IMG/VR virus record: IMGVR_UViG_3300037468_000183
Coordinates: 1 to 64,000 of that record
DNA from: a virus
Direction: 5' to 3' (one strand)
Length of the DNA: 64,000 bases
The translations under genes were made by a program, and so were the position numbers. The notes below the pieces were generated by a model that worked only from the letters and a program-made list of their open reading frames with translations, searched no databases and was not told the DNA's origin. Below, piece after piece: positions 48,815 through 57,596 of this stretch. How positions within the stretch are numbered: position 1 is the first letter of the stretch; every line of letters begins with the position of its first letter.

Positions 48815-49126
48815 TCAGCTATTATTCCGCGACAAGCTATCAAGCACGACGTGTAGCTGAGTGGTATACTCGTGCGCCTTTGCTGCCTCCGCATCGAGTT
48901 TTGCGGCGTAAGCTTTTGCCTGCGCGATTAGCCAGGCGTTGGCATCCGGCAACGTCCCGAATAGCTGATATGTGCCGATCTTCGTAACGCTCGGAAAATA
49001 CATATAACCAAGTAGCGGCTCGTAATCCGGCGCGACTGAGTAGGTCTTCGTCGTTTCCTTGACGATGCCGATACGGGCTAGATTCGCCTTGCCCCACTCG
49101 AATTTTGCCGCATACTTAATCTGCAT
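48815..49126 (-). CDS. Hypothetical protein
   Basis: 103-aa ORF with purine-rich leader. Confidence 0.6.
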   Translation of the reverse strand: MQIKYAAKFEWGKANLARIGIVKETTKTYSVAPDYEPLLGYMYFPSVTKIGTYQLFGTLPDANAWLIAQAKAYAAKLDAEAAKAHEYTTQLHVVLDSLSRNNS

Positions 49127-49169
49127 AGTACCCTTCCATTCTGTGCGCGCCTTGCGACGCGCCCGATGT

Positions 49170-49346
49170 TCAGTCGATGATCTTCAGCAGTCCGACGCTC
49201 ACGCCCCACTGCACTTCGCGACAGGCGATGACCGTCGCCTCTGGATGCGCGAGGGCGTAGCGGCGGGCGGCATTCACGCCGTCACTGCCGGCCCATGTGA
49301 CGATCCTGCCGTCGATCAAGAGCAACTCGAAGGTTCTGTCAGGCAT
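49170..49346 (-). CDS. Hypothetical protein
   Basis: GGAGG RBS. Confidence 0.5.
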   Translation of the reverse strand: MPDRTFELLLIDGRIVTWAGSDGVNAARRYALAHPEATVIACREVQWGVSVGLLKIID

Positions 49347-49513
49347 AGCAGAACGTCCTCCTCCTCGGCATCCTCGGCTAACCAGGATTCGATCTCCTCG
49401 ATGGTGAAGTTGCCTCGGATGGCCCGGCCGTAATTCTCGATGTCGCACGCCGCCGCGTCGCCATCAAACATCCAGTCGAATGACATCATGTCATAGGTCT
49501 TCACGGTATCCAC
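49316..49513 (-). CDS. Acidic small protein
   Basis: 65 aa, strongly D/E-rich. Confidence 0.5.
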   Translation of the reverse strand: MDTVKTYDMMSFDWMFDGDAAACDIENYGRAIRGNFTIEEIESWLAEDAEEEDVLLCLTEPSSCS

Positions 49514-49614
49514 TCCTTGTCTGTTTCGCCCACCCCGCCGCCAGTATCTCTACCCCTCTGTTCCACGGGTCAATTCCCGGTGTAGAAGCGGCGCGCACGG
49601 AGCAGGCGATTGTA

Positions 49615-50808
49615 TCACTTGCCGACGATCTCTTTGCCGGCAACCTTCGCCTCGGCGCGCTTCTCCAGCGCCACGCAGACGGCTTCCAGGTTCTCGGTCG
49701 TTACCTTCCGGAAGTTCTCGGCGTAGACCGCACGCAGAAGGTGCGGCATGTCGGCCTTGCCGTCCTTGCGATAGTACGGGAAGACCTGGACAAAGACCTC
49801 GCACCACTGCGCGAAGGCGTGGGCGGCCTTGCCTTCCATGTCCGCCATCTGGCCTCCGCCATGCGGCTTCGGGGCGGCGCTGCGCTCCACGGTGGCGCTC
49901 GTCATGGCGTGAAACTCCGCCTCCGCATCAGACAACGGCGGCTCGGTCGCGGGCGGTGGCTTGGACGCCGCGACGGGTGGCGGCTCCTCCTCGGCCAGGT
50001 CTTCGTCGTCGTCATCGTAGTCATCGTCATCGTCCGCGTCGTCAACGTGGCGGGCCGTCAGTTGCAACGGTTGGCCCGCGGCCAATGCCATCTGTTCCTC
50101 GGCCTCGACCTGCATCCGTGCCAACACCCACTCGGCGGCGGGCACGATCTTGACCAGGTCCTTGATGGTGCGATTGCGCCGGCCCGCAGCCTTATCCTCG
50201 TCCTTCCAGGCTGGCGTCGAGATGGATTGCTTGACGCGTAGCACGTTGAACAGGATGCCGTTGAGATGGCCGGCTTTGGTTTCGGCGTCCAGCAGACAGG
50301 CAGTGATGGAGACCAGATCATTAATGCTGTGTGTCTCCATCGTCACGAAGCCGACGAAGCCCGCCCGGATCAACTGCGGCACGATCATGCTCAGGCGCCC
50401 GACTTGCTTACAGCCGGGGTTGTCCTTCGCGCGCGTCTTGGTTCCGGTGTAGTACGGACACGGCCGTTCGCCATCGGCATAGTCGCCGTTGGCCGTGCGC
50501 CAGCGGTTCATTGTCTGACCGTCGCAACGATGCACCATACCGCCGTGGTCATATTCCTCAAACCACGTATTCCAATTCTGTTCCAGCGTCGCGAATGGCA
50601 GATAGGCCTCGATCAGCGCGGGCTTACCGCCGTATGCGGCATCGAAAGCGCGCTGCACATCCTGGCGTTCGCTCGTGAAACGCCAGTGATCCAGGTCGGG
50701 GCCGGGGCGCTTCGGGTCGGTCTTGGGGCCGCCCTTGCGGAGTTTGCCCAAGTCCGGGAACTTGGGCGTGATGTCCTGGCGTCTTGTCATGCCGACTATG
50801 GGTGACAT
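49615..50808 (-). CDS. Gp3-like (recombination directionality factor/SSAP-related) protein
   Basis: LGKLRKGGPK..DLDHWRFTS..HRCDG..CKQVGRL..METHS. Confidence 0.72.
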   Translation of the reverse strand: MSPIVGMTRRQDITPKFPDLGKLRKGGPKTDPKRPGPDLDHWRFTSERQDVQRAFDAAYGGKPALIEAYLPFATLEQNWNTWFEEYDHGGMVHRCDGQTMNRWRTANGDYADGERPCPYYTGTKTRAKDNPGCKQVGRLSMIVPQLIRAGFVGFVTMETHSINDLVSITACLLDAETKAGHLNGILFNVLRVKQSISTPAWKDEDKAAGRRNRTIKDLVKIVPAAEWVLARMQVEAEEQMALAAGQPLQLTARHVDDADDDDDYDDDDEDLAEEEPPPVAASKPPPATEPPLSDAEAEFHAMTSATVERSAAPKPHGGGQMADMEGKAAHAFAQWCEVFVQVFPYYRKDGKADMPHLLRAVYAENFRKVTTENLEAVCVALEKRAEAKVAGKEIVGK

Positions 50809-51476
50809 AAAAGTTCCTCCTCTGTATGCTCCTGTAACTTCTTGGCCTGCCACCTCGCGTTTGCCGCCGCGCTTTGCTTGGCCTTTCCATCCGGTGTAGC
50901 CAAGCGGACTTTGTGCGAGGCAGACATCTTGGCACGCGTCTCGGTGCTGTGTACGCGCCCCTTGATTGCAGCGCTGTGTTGGGCACGTGCCTCTGGATTG
51001 CTCATCTGAATTATTGCCGCGGCGCTTATCTTCTCGCGTGTCTCCGGGCTGACTACCTTGCCCCTCTGCGCCGCGCCTATCTTAGCGCGTGTTTCGGCAG
51101 TCTGCGTCCGCCCTCTCAGCATGGCGCGTATTTCGTCGCTATAGTGAACTCCCCTGCACGTCCTGGGGTGTGGAGCTATGTTATAACCATGCTCTCTGTC
51201 GTATGATCGTAACGTGTCCATCCAGTGTTGTTCGCGCTCGTCCAGCCGCGCCAAATCCTCGATGTGTTCCAGGACAATGATCTCGAAAGCCTCCCATCCG
51301 TACTTCGCAACGGCGCGATACAAAGGGTGCGGCTTCTTCCCGACCAAGCACCGATGTTGGTATATGCGCTCTCTGAGGCACTGCGCCTGACCCACGTACA
51401 CCTTGCCGCTTTCCACATGGAAGATGCCGTAGATGCCAGTAAACTTCCAGTCGCCCCAATACGCTTTCGGCATCAT
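50796..51476 (-). CDS. GIY-YIG homing endonuclease with NUMOD3 repeats
   Basis: GIYGI..VYVGQA..R..GYNI; ETRAKI/ETREKIS/ETRAKMS repeats. Confidence 0.9.
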   Translation of the reverse strand: MMPKAYWGDWKFTGIYGIFHVESGKVYVGQAQCLRERIYQHRCLVGKKPHPLYRAVAKYGWEAFEIIVLEHIEDLARLDEREQHWMDTLRSYDREHGYNIAPHPRTCRGVHYSDEIRAMLRGRTQTAETRAKIGAAQRGKVVSPETREKISAAAIIQMSNPEARAQHSAAIKGRVHSTETRAKMSASHKVRLATPDGKAKQSAAANARWQAKKLQEHTEEELLCHP

Positions 51477-51484
51477 GTTGCCTC

Positions 51485-51826
51485 CTATGTCTTGAGAATC
51501 GCGTCCTGCATATCTGCGGGCAATCCGGCGATGATGGTATCTTCCAGCGGATTGTACGGATGCGCTGCGGGTTGTTCGATGGTATCCTGGAGCAGTGCGG
51601 CACGCACATGAGCCGCCGCCCCGCCGTCCGGGAACGTCAGCGTTGAGCCATCCACGAAGCGCACGAGTACGCCGGTATGCGTCTCGTGCTTGACCGCCAC
51701 TGTGACCGCAAATCCATTGCGATCCTGCTCATACTGCGGCACGTCTTTTCGCCACTGAAAGTCAAGGTTGGCCCAGGCGATGGCGTCTAGGTTAATGACA
51801 TGGCCGCCCACGGCGATACTGTTCAT
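51485..51826 (-). CDS. Hypothetical protein
   Basis: AGGAG RBS, ATGA overlap. Confidence 0.6.
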   Translation of the reverse strand: MNSIAVGGHVINLDAIAWANLDFQWRKDVPQYEQDRNGFAVTVAVKHETHTGVLVRFVDGSTLTFPDGGAAAHVRAALLQDTIEQPAAHPYNPLEDTIIAGLPADMQDAILKT

Positions 51827-52065
51827 TGCTCACTCCTATAATGCTTCGGATCGTCCGACCAGTGGCGGTCGAAAGGATCGGCAAAGCCGAGTACGTCCAC
51901 TGCGTAGCCGTATGCGGAGCAGATGACCTCTGGCGCATAGGCATTGTAGCCGTCAATCGTGGCTTTCGGCTCGAAGTCGTAGACTGCGCCGCCTGTCATG
52001 GCAATAAAGACGCCCTCGGCAAACTTGGGATATTCGGCGCTGTCCTCCTGCGGGGTATCGTCCAT
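51823..52065 (-). CDS. Acidic hypothetical protein
   Basis: AAGGAGG RBS. Confidence 0.55.
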   Translation of the reverse strand: MDDTPQEDSAEYPKFAEGVFIAMTGGAVYDFEPKATIDGYNAYAPEVICSAYGYAVDVLGFADPFDRHWSDDPKHYRSEQ

Positions 52066-52075
52066 GTCATCCTCC

Positions 52076-52186
52076 TTACCTGAGTCCCCAGGCCGCGCCG
52101 GGTGACGCGGACACGACATAATACATGAATGCGCCGAATGCCACGCCGACGAGGAGCAGCAGAGCGGCGTCGATAAGACGGTTCAT
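52076..52186 (-). CDS. Small membrane peptide
   Basis: MNRLIDAALLLLVGVAFGAFMYYVV. Confidence 0.45.
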   Translation of the reverse strand: MNRLIDAALLLLVGVAFGAFMYYVVSASPGAAWGLR

Positions 52187-52407
52187 GCTTCCAGCCTAAT
52201 CTGAATCGCGGACTTGATTACCGCGGGCAAGTTGCTCCAGGCGATCAACGGCAGTGAGCGTTGCACCTTTGCGGGTCGCCACTGTATCCAAATGGCGGTG
52301 TTCATACGGGACAAATCAGGATTCGCCGTCACCTGATCTTCGCTGAAGAAATTCGCGTTTCCAGCACGTGAGCCGAGATGCAATGCTATCCACTGTGCGA
52401 TATTCAT
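52183..52407 (-). CDS. Hypothetical protein
   Basis: AAGGAGG RBS. Confidence 0.55.
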   Translation of the reverse strand: MNIAQWIALHLGSRAGNANFFSEDQVTANPDLSRMNTAIWIQWRPAKVQRSLPLIAWSNLPAVIKSAIQIRLEA

Positions 52408-52423
52408 ACCCCATCCTCCTTTT

Positions 52424-52528
52424 GCAGGTCTAGCGCGCCTTGCCCATACGCGACATGCGCAGGGTTGCAACCGCCCGGATGACCGGGGAGTAGCGCACCA
52501 CGAGTTGACACGTGACCCCTAGACCTGC
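52424..52528 (-). ncRNA. Structured RNA element, family 1, copy 1
   Basis: 10-bp closing stem; shares motifs and covarying stems with 52982-53084. Confidence 0.55.
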
Positions 52529-52574
52529 GCCCAAGCAATCATGCTCCGGCCGCCGATAAATGCGACTCGGTTGG

Positions 52575-52910
52575 TTATGATGGCGTATGCCGCCGCTTGT
52601 ATATGGCGTATGCTGCACGATTCAAGTGGCGTTTGCGCCACCCATCGTAGATGCCCCTGATCCAGAGGCCAAGACTCATACTTACATGAGATTGCTCCTG
52701 CCACAACTTGACTTTCAACGTCTCGCGCATCTGGTAATAACGGTCGTTTTGCGCCTTACCACCCAAAATCTCAAGCCATTTTGCTTCGCCTTCGGGTGTA
52801 CCAAATACGACAGTCTCACGCGCCAGCAGTACACGCTCCCACAACTCATCGAATTCTGCTTGTTCTTCGGGTGTAGGCTCTTGGCGCGTATCCTCTTTTT
52901 CGTCAAACAT
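52575..52910 (-). CDS. Hypothetical protein
   Basis: AAGGAG RBS. Confidence 0.6.
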   Translation of the reverse strand: MFDEKEDTRQEPTPEEQAEFDELWERVLLARETVVFGTPEGEAKWLEILGGKAQNDRYYQMRETLKVKLWQEQSHVSMSLGLWIRGIYDGWRKRHLNRAAYAIYKRRHTPS

Positions 52911-52981
52911 AGGTTTGCTCCTTCGATGCCAGCCTTTTGAGATGTCCGGCTGGCAGGGCGTGATATGCTTGCCGACCCACA

Positions 52982-53084
52982 GCGTCTAGTCAGGTCTGGC
53001 CCACATTGCCCACGGCGGCATGGTGTCCGTCAGGGTTGCAACCGCCCCGCTCACGCGAGGGAGTAGTGGACTTCTAGATGACGC
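52982..53084 (-). ncRNA. Structured RNA element, family 1, copy 2
   Basis: TACTCCC, GCGGTTGCAACCCTG, TGGGCAA, AGACCTG conserved; GNRA hairpin. Confidence 0.55.
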
Positions 53085-53293
53085 ATCGTCAGCTTGTCCC
53101 TGTCACCGGCGGCCGGTTGCCGGTTGGTTCTGTTTGCCTGACCACGTGGATCAGCGAGTGCGCTTACCAGCCGCCTGTATCATCATGCCATCGCACCTCC
53201 TGTCTGTCATCTCCCGCCCTGGCGTCAAGTGTGACACGCCGTGCAGTCACGCTCCGCTAGGGGATTGTCACGAGCAGGGCAGGATATTGGCCG

Positions 53294-53494
53294 CTATGCC
53301 TCTCCGCCGCACATCGCGACGATGCTCGTCAGGGCGTCAATGATCCGGCCCATGTCCCCCACGTTGCCCCAGGTGACATCATCCGGTGCGACCTCGCCCA
53401 TGTCGGCCAGATAATCCTGGACACGAGACAGGAGTTCGGTCGCCACGGCGGTGCGGGCGATGTAGGCATCAAGTGCGGCCTGTTTGGTGTACAT
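53294..53494 (-). CDS. Hypothetical early protein
   Basis: cgcaaccATG leader; PDDVTWGNVGD. Confidence 0.65.
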   Translation of the reverse strand: MYTKQAALDAYIARTAVATELLSRVQDYLADMGEVAPDDVTWGNVGDMGRIIDALTSIVAMCGGEA

Positions 53495-53510
53495 GGTTGC
53501 GTATCCTTCC

Positions 53511-53729
53511 CTATGCGATTCTGATGCAGTCATGCTGCACCTTGATCTTGCCTGCGTCGCACAGTGCGGCGATGATCTGCTGATACATATCCAGCGTCAT
53601 GCCGAACTCAGACATGGCGGCGTAGATGATGCCGCTCGGTGCGCCAGTCGGCCCGGCGTGTTCGGCAGCGTCCAGGATGGCCGCACAAGTCAGCCGGAGG
53701 ACCTTGATGGCCCGATCTTTGTCGGTCAT
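53511..53729 (-). CDS. Small winged-helix-like protein
   Basis: GAPSGIIYAAM..YQQIIAALCDAGKI. Confidence 0.6.
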   Translation of the reverse strand: MTDKDRAIKVLRLTCAAILDAAEHAGPTGAPSGIIYAAMSEFGMTLDMYQQIIAALCDAGKIKVQHDCIRIA

Positions 53730-53920
53730 GGTTGCGACTCCTGAAGGGGATGCACGAACTCCATCCCTCCGATGTCGTGCCGCTTGCACTGTGCCAATCC
53801 CTCAGCAATCAGCTTGTCCAGAACGGTCGGGTTGACGAAACCGGATGAATAACGGCCATCGAATCTGCGAATCGGTTCCTCGGTCAAGATTTGCAAAATC
53901 CGTTCACGCTCGTCGGTCAT
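53726..53920 (-). CDS. Small winged-helix-like protein
   Basis: RILQIL..VLDKLIAEGL. Confidence 0.55.
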   Translation of the reverse strand: MTDERERILQILTEEPIRRFDGRYSSGFVNPTVLDKLIAEGLAQCKRHDIGGMEFVHPLQESQP

Positions 53921-54186
53921 GGTTGCGACTCCTTGACAATCGCTGTGAAATAGCTCGTCTTGGGCCAATTGGCCCAGTCATCGCGGCTCGTCACGGTGCC
54001 GGGAATGTCGGCCGCGCGGAGCGCCTGCTCAACGCTGTTGGCCCACATTTCGGCGGTCTTCCCGAAGGCGTAGAAGTAGCTGCGCTTCAGTTCGATCTCG
54101 CCGGTTTTCTTGCAGACGATTTGGTCAGCGAAAACCGGGGCAACGTCCTGGATGAAGGTCTTGATGCGTTCCTGATACGGTGTCAT
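53917..54186 (-). CDS. Hypothetical early protein
   Basis: cgcaaccATG leader. Confidence 0.6.
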   Translation of the reverse strand: MTPYQERIKTFIQDVAPVFADQIVCKKTGEIELKRSYFYAFGKTAEMWANSVEQALRAADIPGTVTSRDDWANWPKTSYFTAIVKESQP

Positions 54187-54274
54187 GGTTGCGTGTCCTT
54201 TCCTGCGTGCTGCGGCGGGCATGGCCCTTCCGACCGGCGAAGGTCGGCGCTCGATGCCCGCCGCGGTTGTTGCG

Positions 54275-54544
54275 TTAGCGATAATTACGAACGGCCTTCT
54301 TGGCCGCTAATACTGCTGCGTCCCAGGCGTCGTAATCGGCATCGCTGTAGTCATCATTCGTCGGGATGGCTGAGCGGAACTGCGGCGCAACGATGTCGCG
54401 CACGAACTCGCGCAGTTGCTTGTTTGGTACATCGCCGGTGACAATGATGTCAATATTCCCATCGCCCGACTCTGAAACCTTCGGGTCTAGCAGTTTCACC
54501 CCGTCTACGGGGTGATTCACGATTGTGAATTTGATGGTTGCCAT
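54275..54544 (-). CDS. Hypothetical early protein
   Basis: AGGAG/AAGGA RBS. Confidence 0.6.
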   Translation of the reverse strand: MATIKFTIVNHPVDGVKLLDPKVSESGDGNIDIIVTGDVPNKQLREFVRDIVAPQFRSAIPTNDDYSDADYDAWDAAVLAAKKAVRNYR

Positions 54545-54658
54545 GTCCTTATCTCCTGTGTTTATTGGCTCCTGACTGCACACGTCAACGCTGCGATGGC
54601 GTGGCGCTGGATGTGCAGTCAGCAGCCAACAAGCGCGGGGCCTGTTGCTGCGGTGGTG

Positions 54659-54823
54659 TTAGCTGACCTGCTCCCAGATGAAGTCTTCAAGCGCCTTCTT
54701 GAAGTCGTGGTTGGTCAAGTACTCTCGAATCAGTTCGGTATCGGCTGCGGCGTCCAGCTTGCCCGCCTTGCGCTGCTCGTCTGCGATCTGGTTGAAGATG
54801 GCCCTTGCTTCTGCGGTGGTCAT
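54659..54823 (-). CDS. Hypothetical early protein
   Basis: AGGAG RBS; ELIREYLTNHDFK. Confidence 0.6.
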   Translation of the reverse strand: MTTAEARAIFNQIADEQRKAGKLDAAADTELIREYLTNHDFKKALEDFIWEQVS

Positions 54824-54863
54824 GTCTGCGGTCTCCTGTGCCCCGGTCGCTGCCGGGGCGGTG

Positions 54864-55049
54864 TTAGCGACTCGTTGCAATCCGGTCGCTGATTTTCCAT
54901 GCCAGTTCCTTGTCTTCCTGCGTTGCGCTGCGGCGAGCGAGCACCGTGCGGATGGCCTCACGAATGGTGCTCAGTCCCCACTCCCGCATGTAGCGCACGC
55001 TGTTCTGGTCTTGCTCGTTCAGGATGCTGCGGGCTTCATTGAGTTTCAT
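54864..55049 (-). CDS. Hypothetical early protein
   Basis: GAGGAGG RBS. Confidence 0.6.
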   Translation of the reverse strand: MKLNEARSILNEQDQNSVRYMREWGLSTIREAIRTVLARRSATQEDKELAWKISDRIATSR

Positions 55050-55322
55050 CCTGTCCTCCTCGTGTCCAGTCATCAGCATTGTGTCGAGGCTTTGAACTCG
55101 CACCCAGGTGGGTGGCTGCTTTACTGGTTGCCTCTGGTTTCTTCTTTTGTAGCTGTGCCCCTGCCAGTTTTCGATTCCCTCACGCTCGCTCCGGGTTTTG
55201 CTTCGGGTGATCTGCTGGGTTACTATCCCGCTTGGTTCACCCGCCTCCCCGTCTCGTCGTGGCGGTCTGCCTGGTCGTTCGGTCTCGGCTTTCAAGGTGC
55301 TTTCTACTTTCTAACTATCTAC

Positions 55323-55351
55323 ACTATAGCACGTTTATACACGTTTGTCAA
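55323..55351 (-). promoter_or_regulatory. Leftward early promoter
   Basis: TTGACA-17nt-TATAGT with extended -10 TG. Confidence 0.78.
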
Positions 55352-55423
55352 TAGGTAAAAGGACGAGTTTTGGAAATGTGTTAAAATGTTAAGGTTCAAA
55401 CTCATAAATACGCTGCGATAAGT

Positions 55424-55452
55424 TTGACAATCTGTTATAATGGGCTTAGACT
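55424..55452 (+). promoter_or_regulatory. Rightward divergent promoter
   Basis: TTGACA-17nt-TAGACT in an AT-rich island. Confidence 0.72.
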
Positions 55453-55473
55453 ATAAACAAAGGAGCAACAACA

Positions 55474-55683
55474 ATGAGCGAAAACGAATATCTTACCGTG
55501 GATCAGGCGGCGGAGCGTGCCAACCGCCACGCGCAGACGATCAGGAATTGGGTACGCTCAGGCAAACTACCTGCCTTTCGCCTGGGGCAATCGTATTTAA
55601 TCCGGCCCGAAGACCTCGACGCAATGTATCAGCCGGTGCAGGTCAAGCCGGTGACGACCGTCGAGCCGGAGGTGGCGCCATGA
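55474..55683 (+). CDS. Excisionase-like HTH_17 regulator
   Basis: YLTVDQAAE..QTIRNWVRSGKLPA.RLG.SYLI. Confidence 0.88.
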   Translation: MSENEYLTVDQAAERANRHAQTIRNWVRSGKLPAFRLGQSYLIRPEDLDAMYQPVQVKPVTTVEPEVAP

Positions 55684-55979
55684 CCTGGCCTGCATCGGGC
55701 TGGACAACGCCGCTTGGCGAAACGTCGCCGCTGATTCATGGCGTCGTTCTGGCATTGCTGGCGCTGACGATCTGGATGTACGGCCATTATTACGTCTGGC
55801 CGGTCGTCGTGCGCATCGGACAACGCGTGCCACGGCCAACGCCGCGTATGCGCACGGCTCAGGTCGCGCCACAGCCAGCGGCGGCCGATGAGGTGGACGT
55901 AATGGCGGCTGATACTGAAACCGTAGCTCAGACGACGCGGCGCGGCAAATACAACATGGGATTCGACTGGGAGCGTTAG
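55680..55979 (+). CDS. Single-TM membrane protein
   Basis: GGAGG RBS, ATGA overlap, hydrophobic segment. Confidence 0.65.
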   Translation: MTWPASGWTTPLGETSPLIHGVVLALLALTIWMYGHYYVWPVVVRIGQRVPRPTPRMRTAQVAPQPAAADEVDVMAADTETVAQTTRRGKYNMGFDWER

Positions 55980-55982
55980 GCC

Positions 55983-57485
55983 ATGAGCGGTGGAAGGTTC
56001 GCACTTGCACTGGTGGCTGGCGGGGTCGTGATTGCCGTCTGCGTGATCGCGCTGAACTTTTTCGATCCACCGGCGCAGAGCGTGCGCGCCACGAGCGCGG
56101 CGTTGACCATCGCTGAGCAGCAGGCGCTCGCGCCGACCTGGATGGACGTCAAGCGCGGACTGCTGACAAGTGCGGGCATGGGTGGTTCGGTGCTGATCGT
56201 CTCGCTGTGCCTGGGCCTCTCGTTCCTGGTGCTACGCGAGCCCTTGCTCCTCCGCCATCACAAAGGTATCTTCCCCGCGTTCTTCACCATCCTCGGACTG
56301 CGCGCCAGCGACCCGCCCGGCAACCCGGAGGCGCACGCTGAGTATGCGCGTGTGGCTGGCGTGCAACGTCCGCTCGGTCGTCCGGCGTTGCCGCGGCCCG
56401 ACGCACAACTGGCGCTGCCCGCGCCCGATGATCTCACTGTCGAGCTTGATCCCGTCGAGGTCTTGGCTCCCGAACTGGATTCGCATCCGCACAAACTCAT
56501 CATTGCCGAGAGTCGCTTCGGCAAAACCAACTTGGCGTGGGCCATCATCCGGCGCTATCAAGCGGCGCTGCCGGATTGCGAGTTCCTGGTGCTGTCGATG
56601 ATCGAAAGCAAGTGGCCCGATCTGCAAGTCGCATCCACCGGCGCGCAGATGTTGGCGGCGATGACCGCCGTCGAGCAGGAATTGATCCGGCGCGACAATC
56701 TGCTGAAGCAACTCCGAATCACGGACGTGCACGAGAGTGACGTGCTGAACGCGTTCGCCGTGGTCTTCGATGAGGTCGAGACGACTTTCGAACTGATGTC
56801 CGGCGCACAGCGCACCGAGTTTCGGCGGCTGGTAACGCGCTACGTCAACCAAGCCGGCAACGTCAAAGGCGCGTTGATCTCGCTGTCGCAAACCGGCTCA
56901 CGCGACATTCTGCCGAAGTCGATCCTGGCGAATGCAGATTTGTATATCGGGCGTTGTGGCACCTACGTGCCGGCGTCGTTCTCGATCCAGGAACCGGTGC
57001 TCGTGAACGCGCTCAGCCGGGCTGAGAAGGGCCAGTGGTATTCGTATCGTCATCGGGCCTGGTTCACGGCTCCGCTGGTCAAACCGCCACATGATGTGCG
57101 GCTGTGGAGTGGCTGGAAGCCGACGCTGGAACTCACCGCCGATGGCGAGGCGGATGGCATGGGTGCCAATGATGCACCGGACGGCGCAGCCCTACCCCTA
57201 CTCCCTACTGACGGGGAGGGGGGGGTGTGGCCCGATTTCGGAGTAGGGGTAGGCGTAGGCGACAGTAGGGGATATACATTTGCCATCGATGAGACCTTCA
57301 AGCGGCGCGTTCTGGAGGTTTGGGATGGTCTGGAGAAGCCGAACTATACTGCCGTCCAGAAGATTATGTTTCCCGATCAGGAAGACGGCGGGGCGCACTG
57401 GAAGGCCATCAAGGCGGTCATCATCGCGCGCCGTGAGGTAGAGCGCCAGCGGCATCGCAAGCAATACCTGGAGGCAACAGCATGA
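55983..57485 (+). CDS. Membrane-anchored FtsK/HerA-superfamily P-loop ATPase
   Basis: Two TM segments; AESRFGKT Walker A; ELIRR; AVVFDE Walker B; LISLSQ; small C-terminal helical domain. Confidence 0.72.
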   Translation: MSGGRFALALVAGGVVIAVCVIALNFFDPPAQSVRATSAALTIAEQQALAPTWMDVKRGLLTSAGMGGSVLIVSLCLGLSFLVLREPLLLRHHKGIFPAFFTILGLRASDPPGNPEAHAEYARVAGVQRPLGRPALPRPDAQLALPAPDDLTVELDPVEVLAPELDSHPHKLIIAESRFGKTNLAWAIIRRYQAALPDCEFLVLSMIESKWPDLQVASTGAQMLAAMTAVEQELIRRDNLLKQLRITDVHESDVLNAFAVVFDEVETTFELMSGAQRTEFRRLVTRYVNQAGNVKGALISLSQTGSRDILPKSILANADLYIGRCGTYVPASFSIQEPVLVNALSRAEKGQWYSYRHRAWFTAPLVKPPHDVRLWSGWKPTLELTADGEADGMGANDAPDGAALPLLPTDGEGGVWPDFGVGVGVGDSRGYTFAIDETFKRRVLEVWDGLEKPNYTAVQKIMFPDQEDGGAHWKAIKAVIIARREVERQRHRKQYLEATA

Positions 57486-57595
57486 AAGCCTGGCTATGGT
57501 TCGGCCTGGGCATGTTGACGATGTGGGTGCTCAGCAATCCGGGCATGTTCAAAGCCTGGCTGCTCAGCGCCTTCGCGATTATGGGAGTACACTGA
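57482..57595 (+). CDS. Small membrane peptide
   Basis: GGAGG RBS, ATGA overlap, hydrophobic 37 aa. Confidence 0.5.
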   Translation: MKAWLWFGLGMLTMWVLSNPGMFKAWLLSAFAIMGVH

Positions 57596-57596
57596 C

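Noticed and set aside
49536-49595. tRNA gene
   Set aside because: No D-arm, anticodon arm or canonical GTTCRA; I recognised no tRNA anywhere in the window
52982-53084. HDV-like or twister ribozyme assignment
   Set aside because: Only short word similarities (UGGGCAA, GAGUA); I could not build the required pseudoknots, so it is left as an unclassified motif
48524-55683. Integration module implied by two excisionase-like HTH genes and a Gp3/RDF-like gene
   Set aside because: No tyrosine or serine recombinase or att site is visible; these proteins more likely act as regulators or recombination factors
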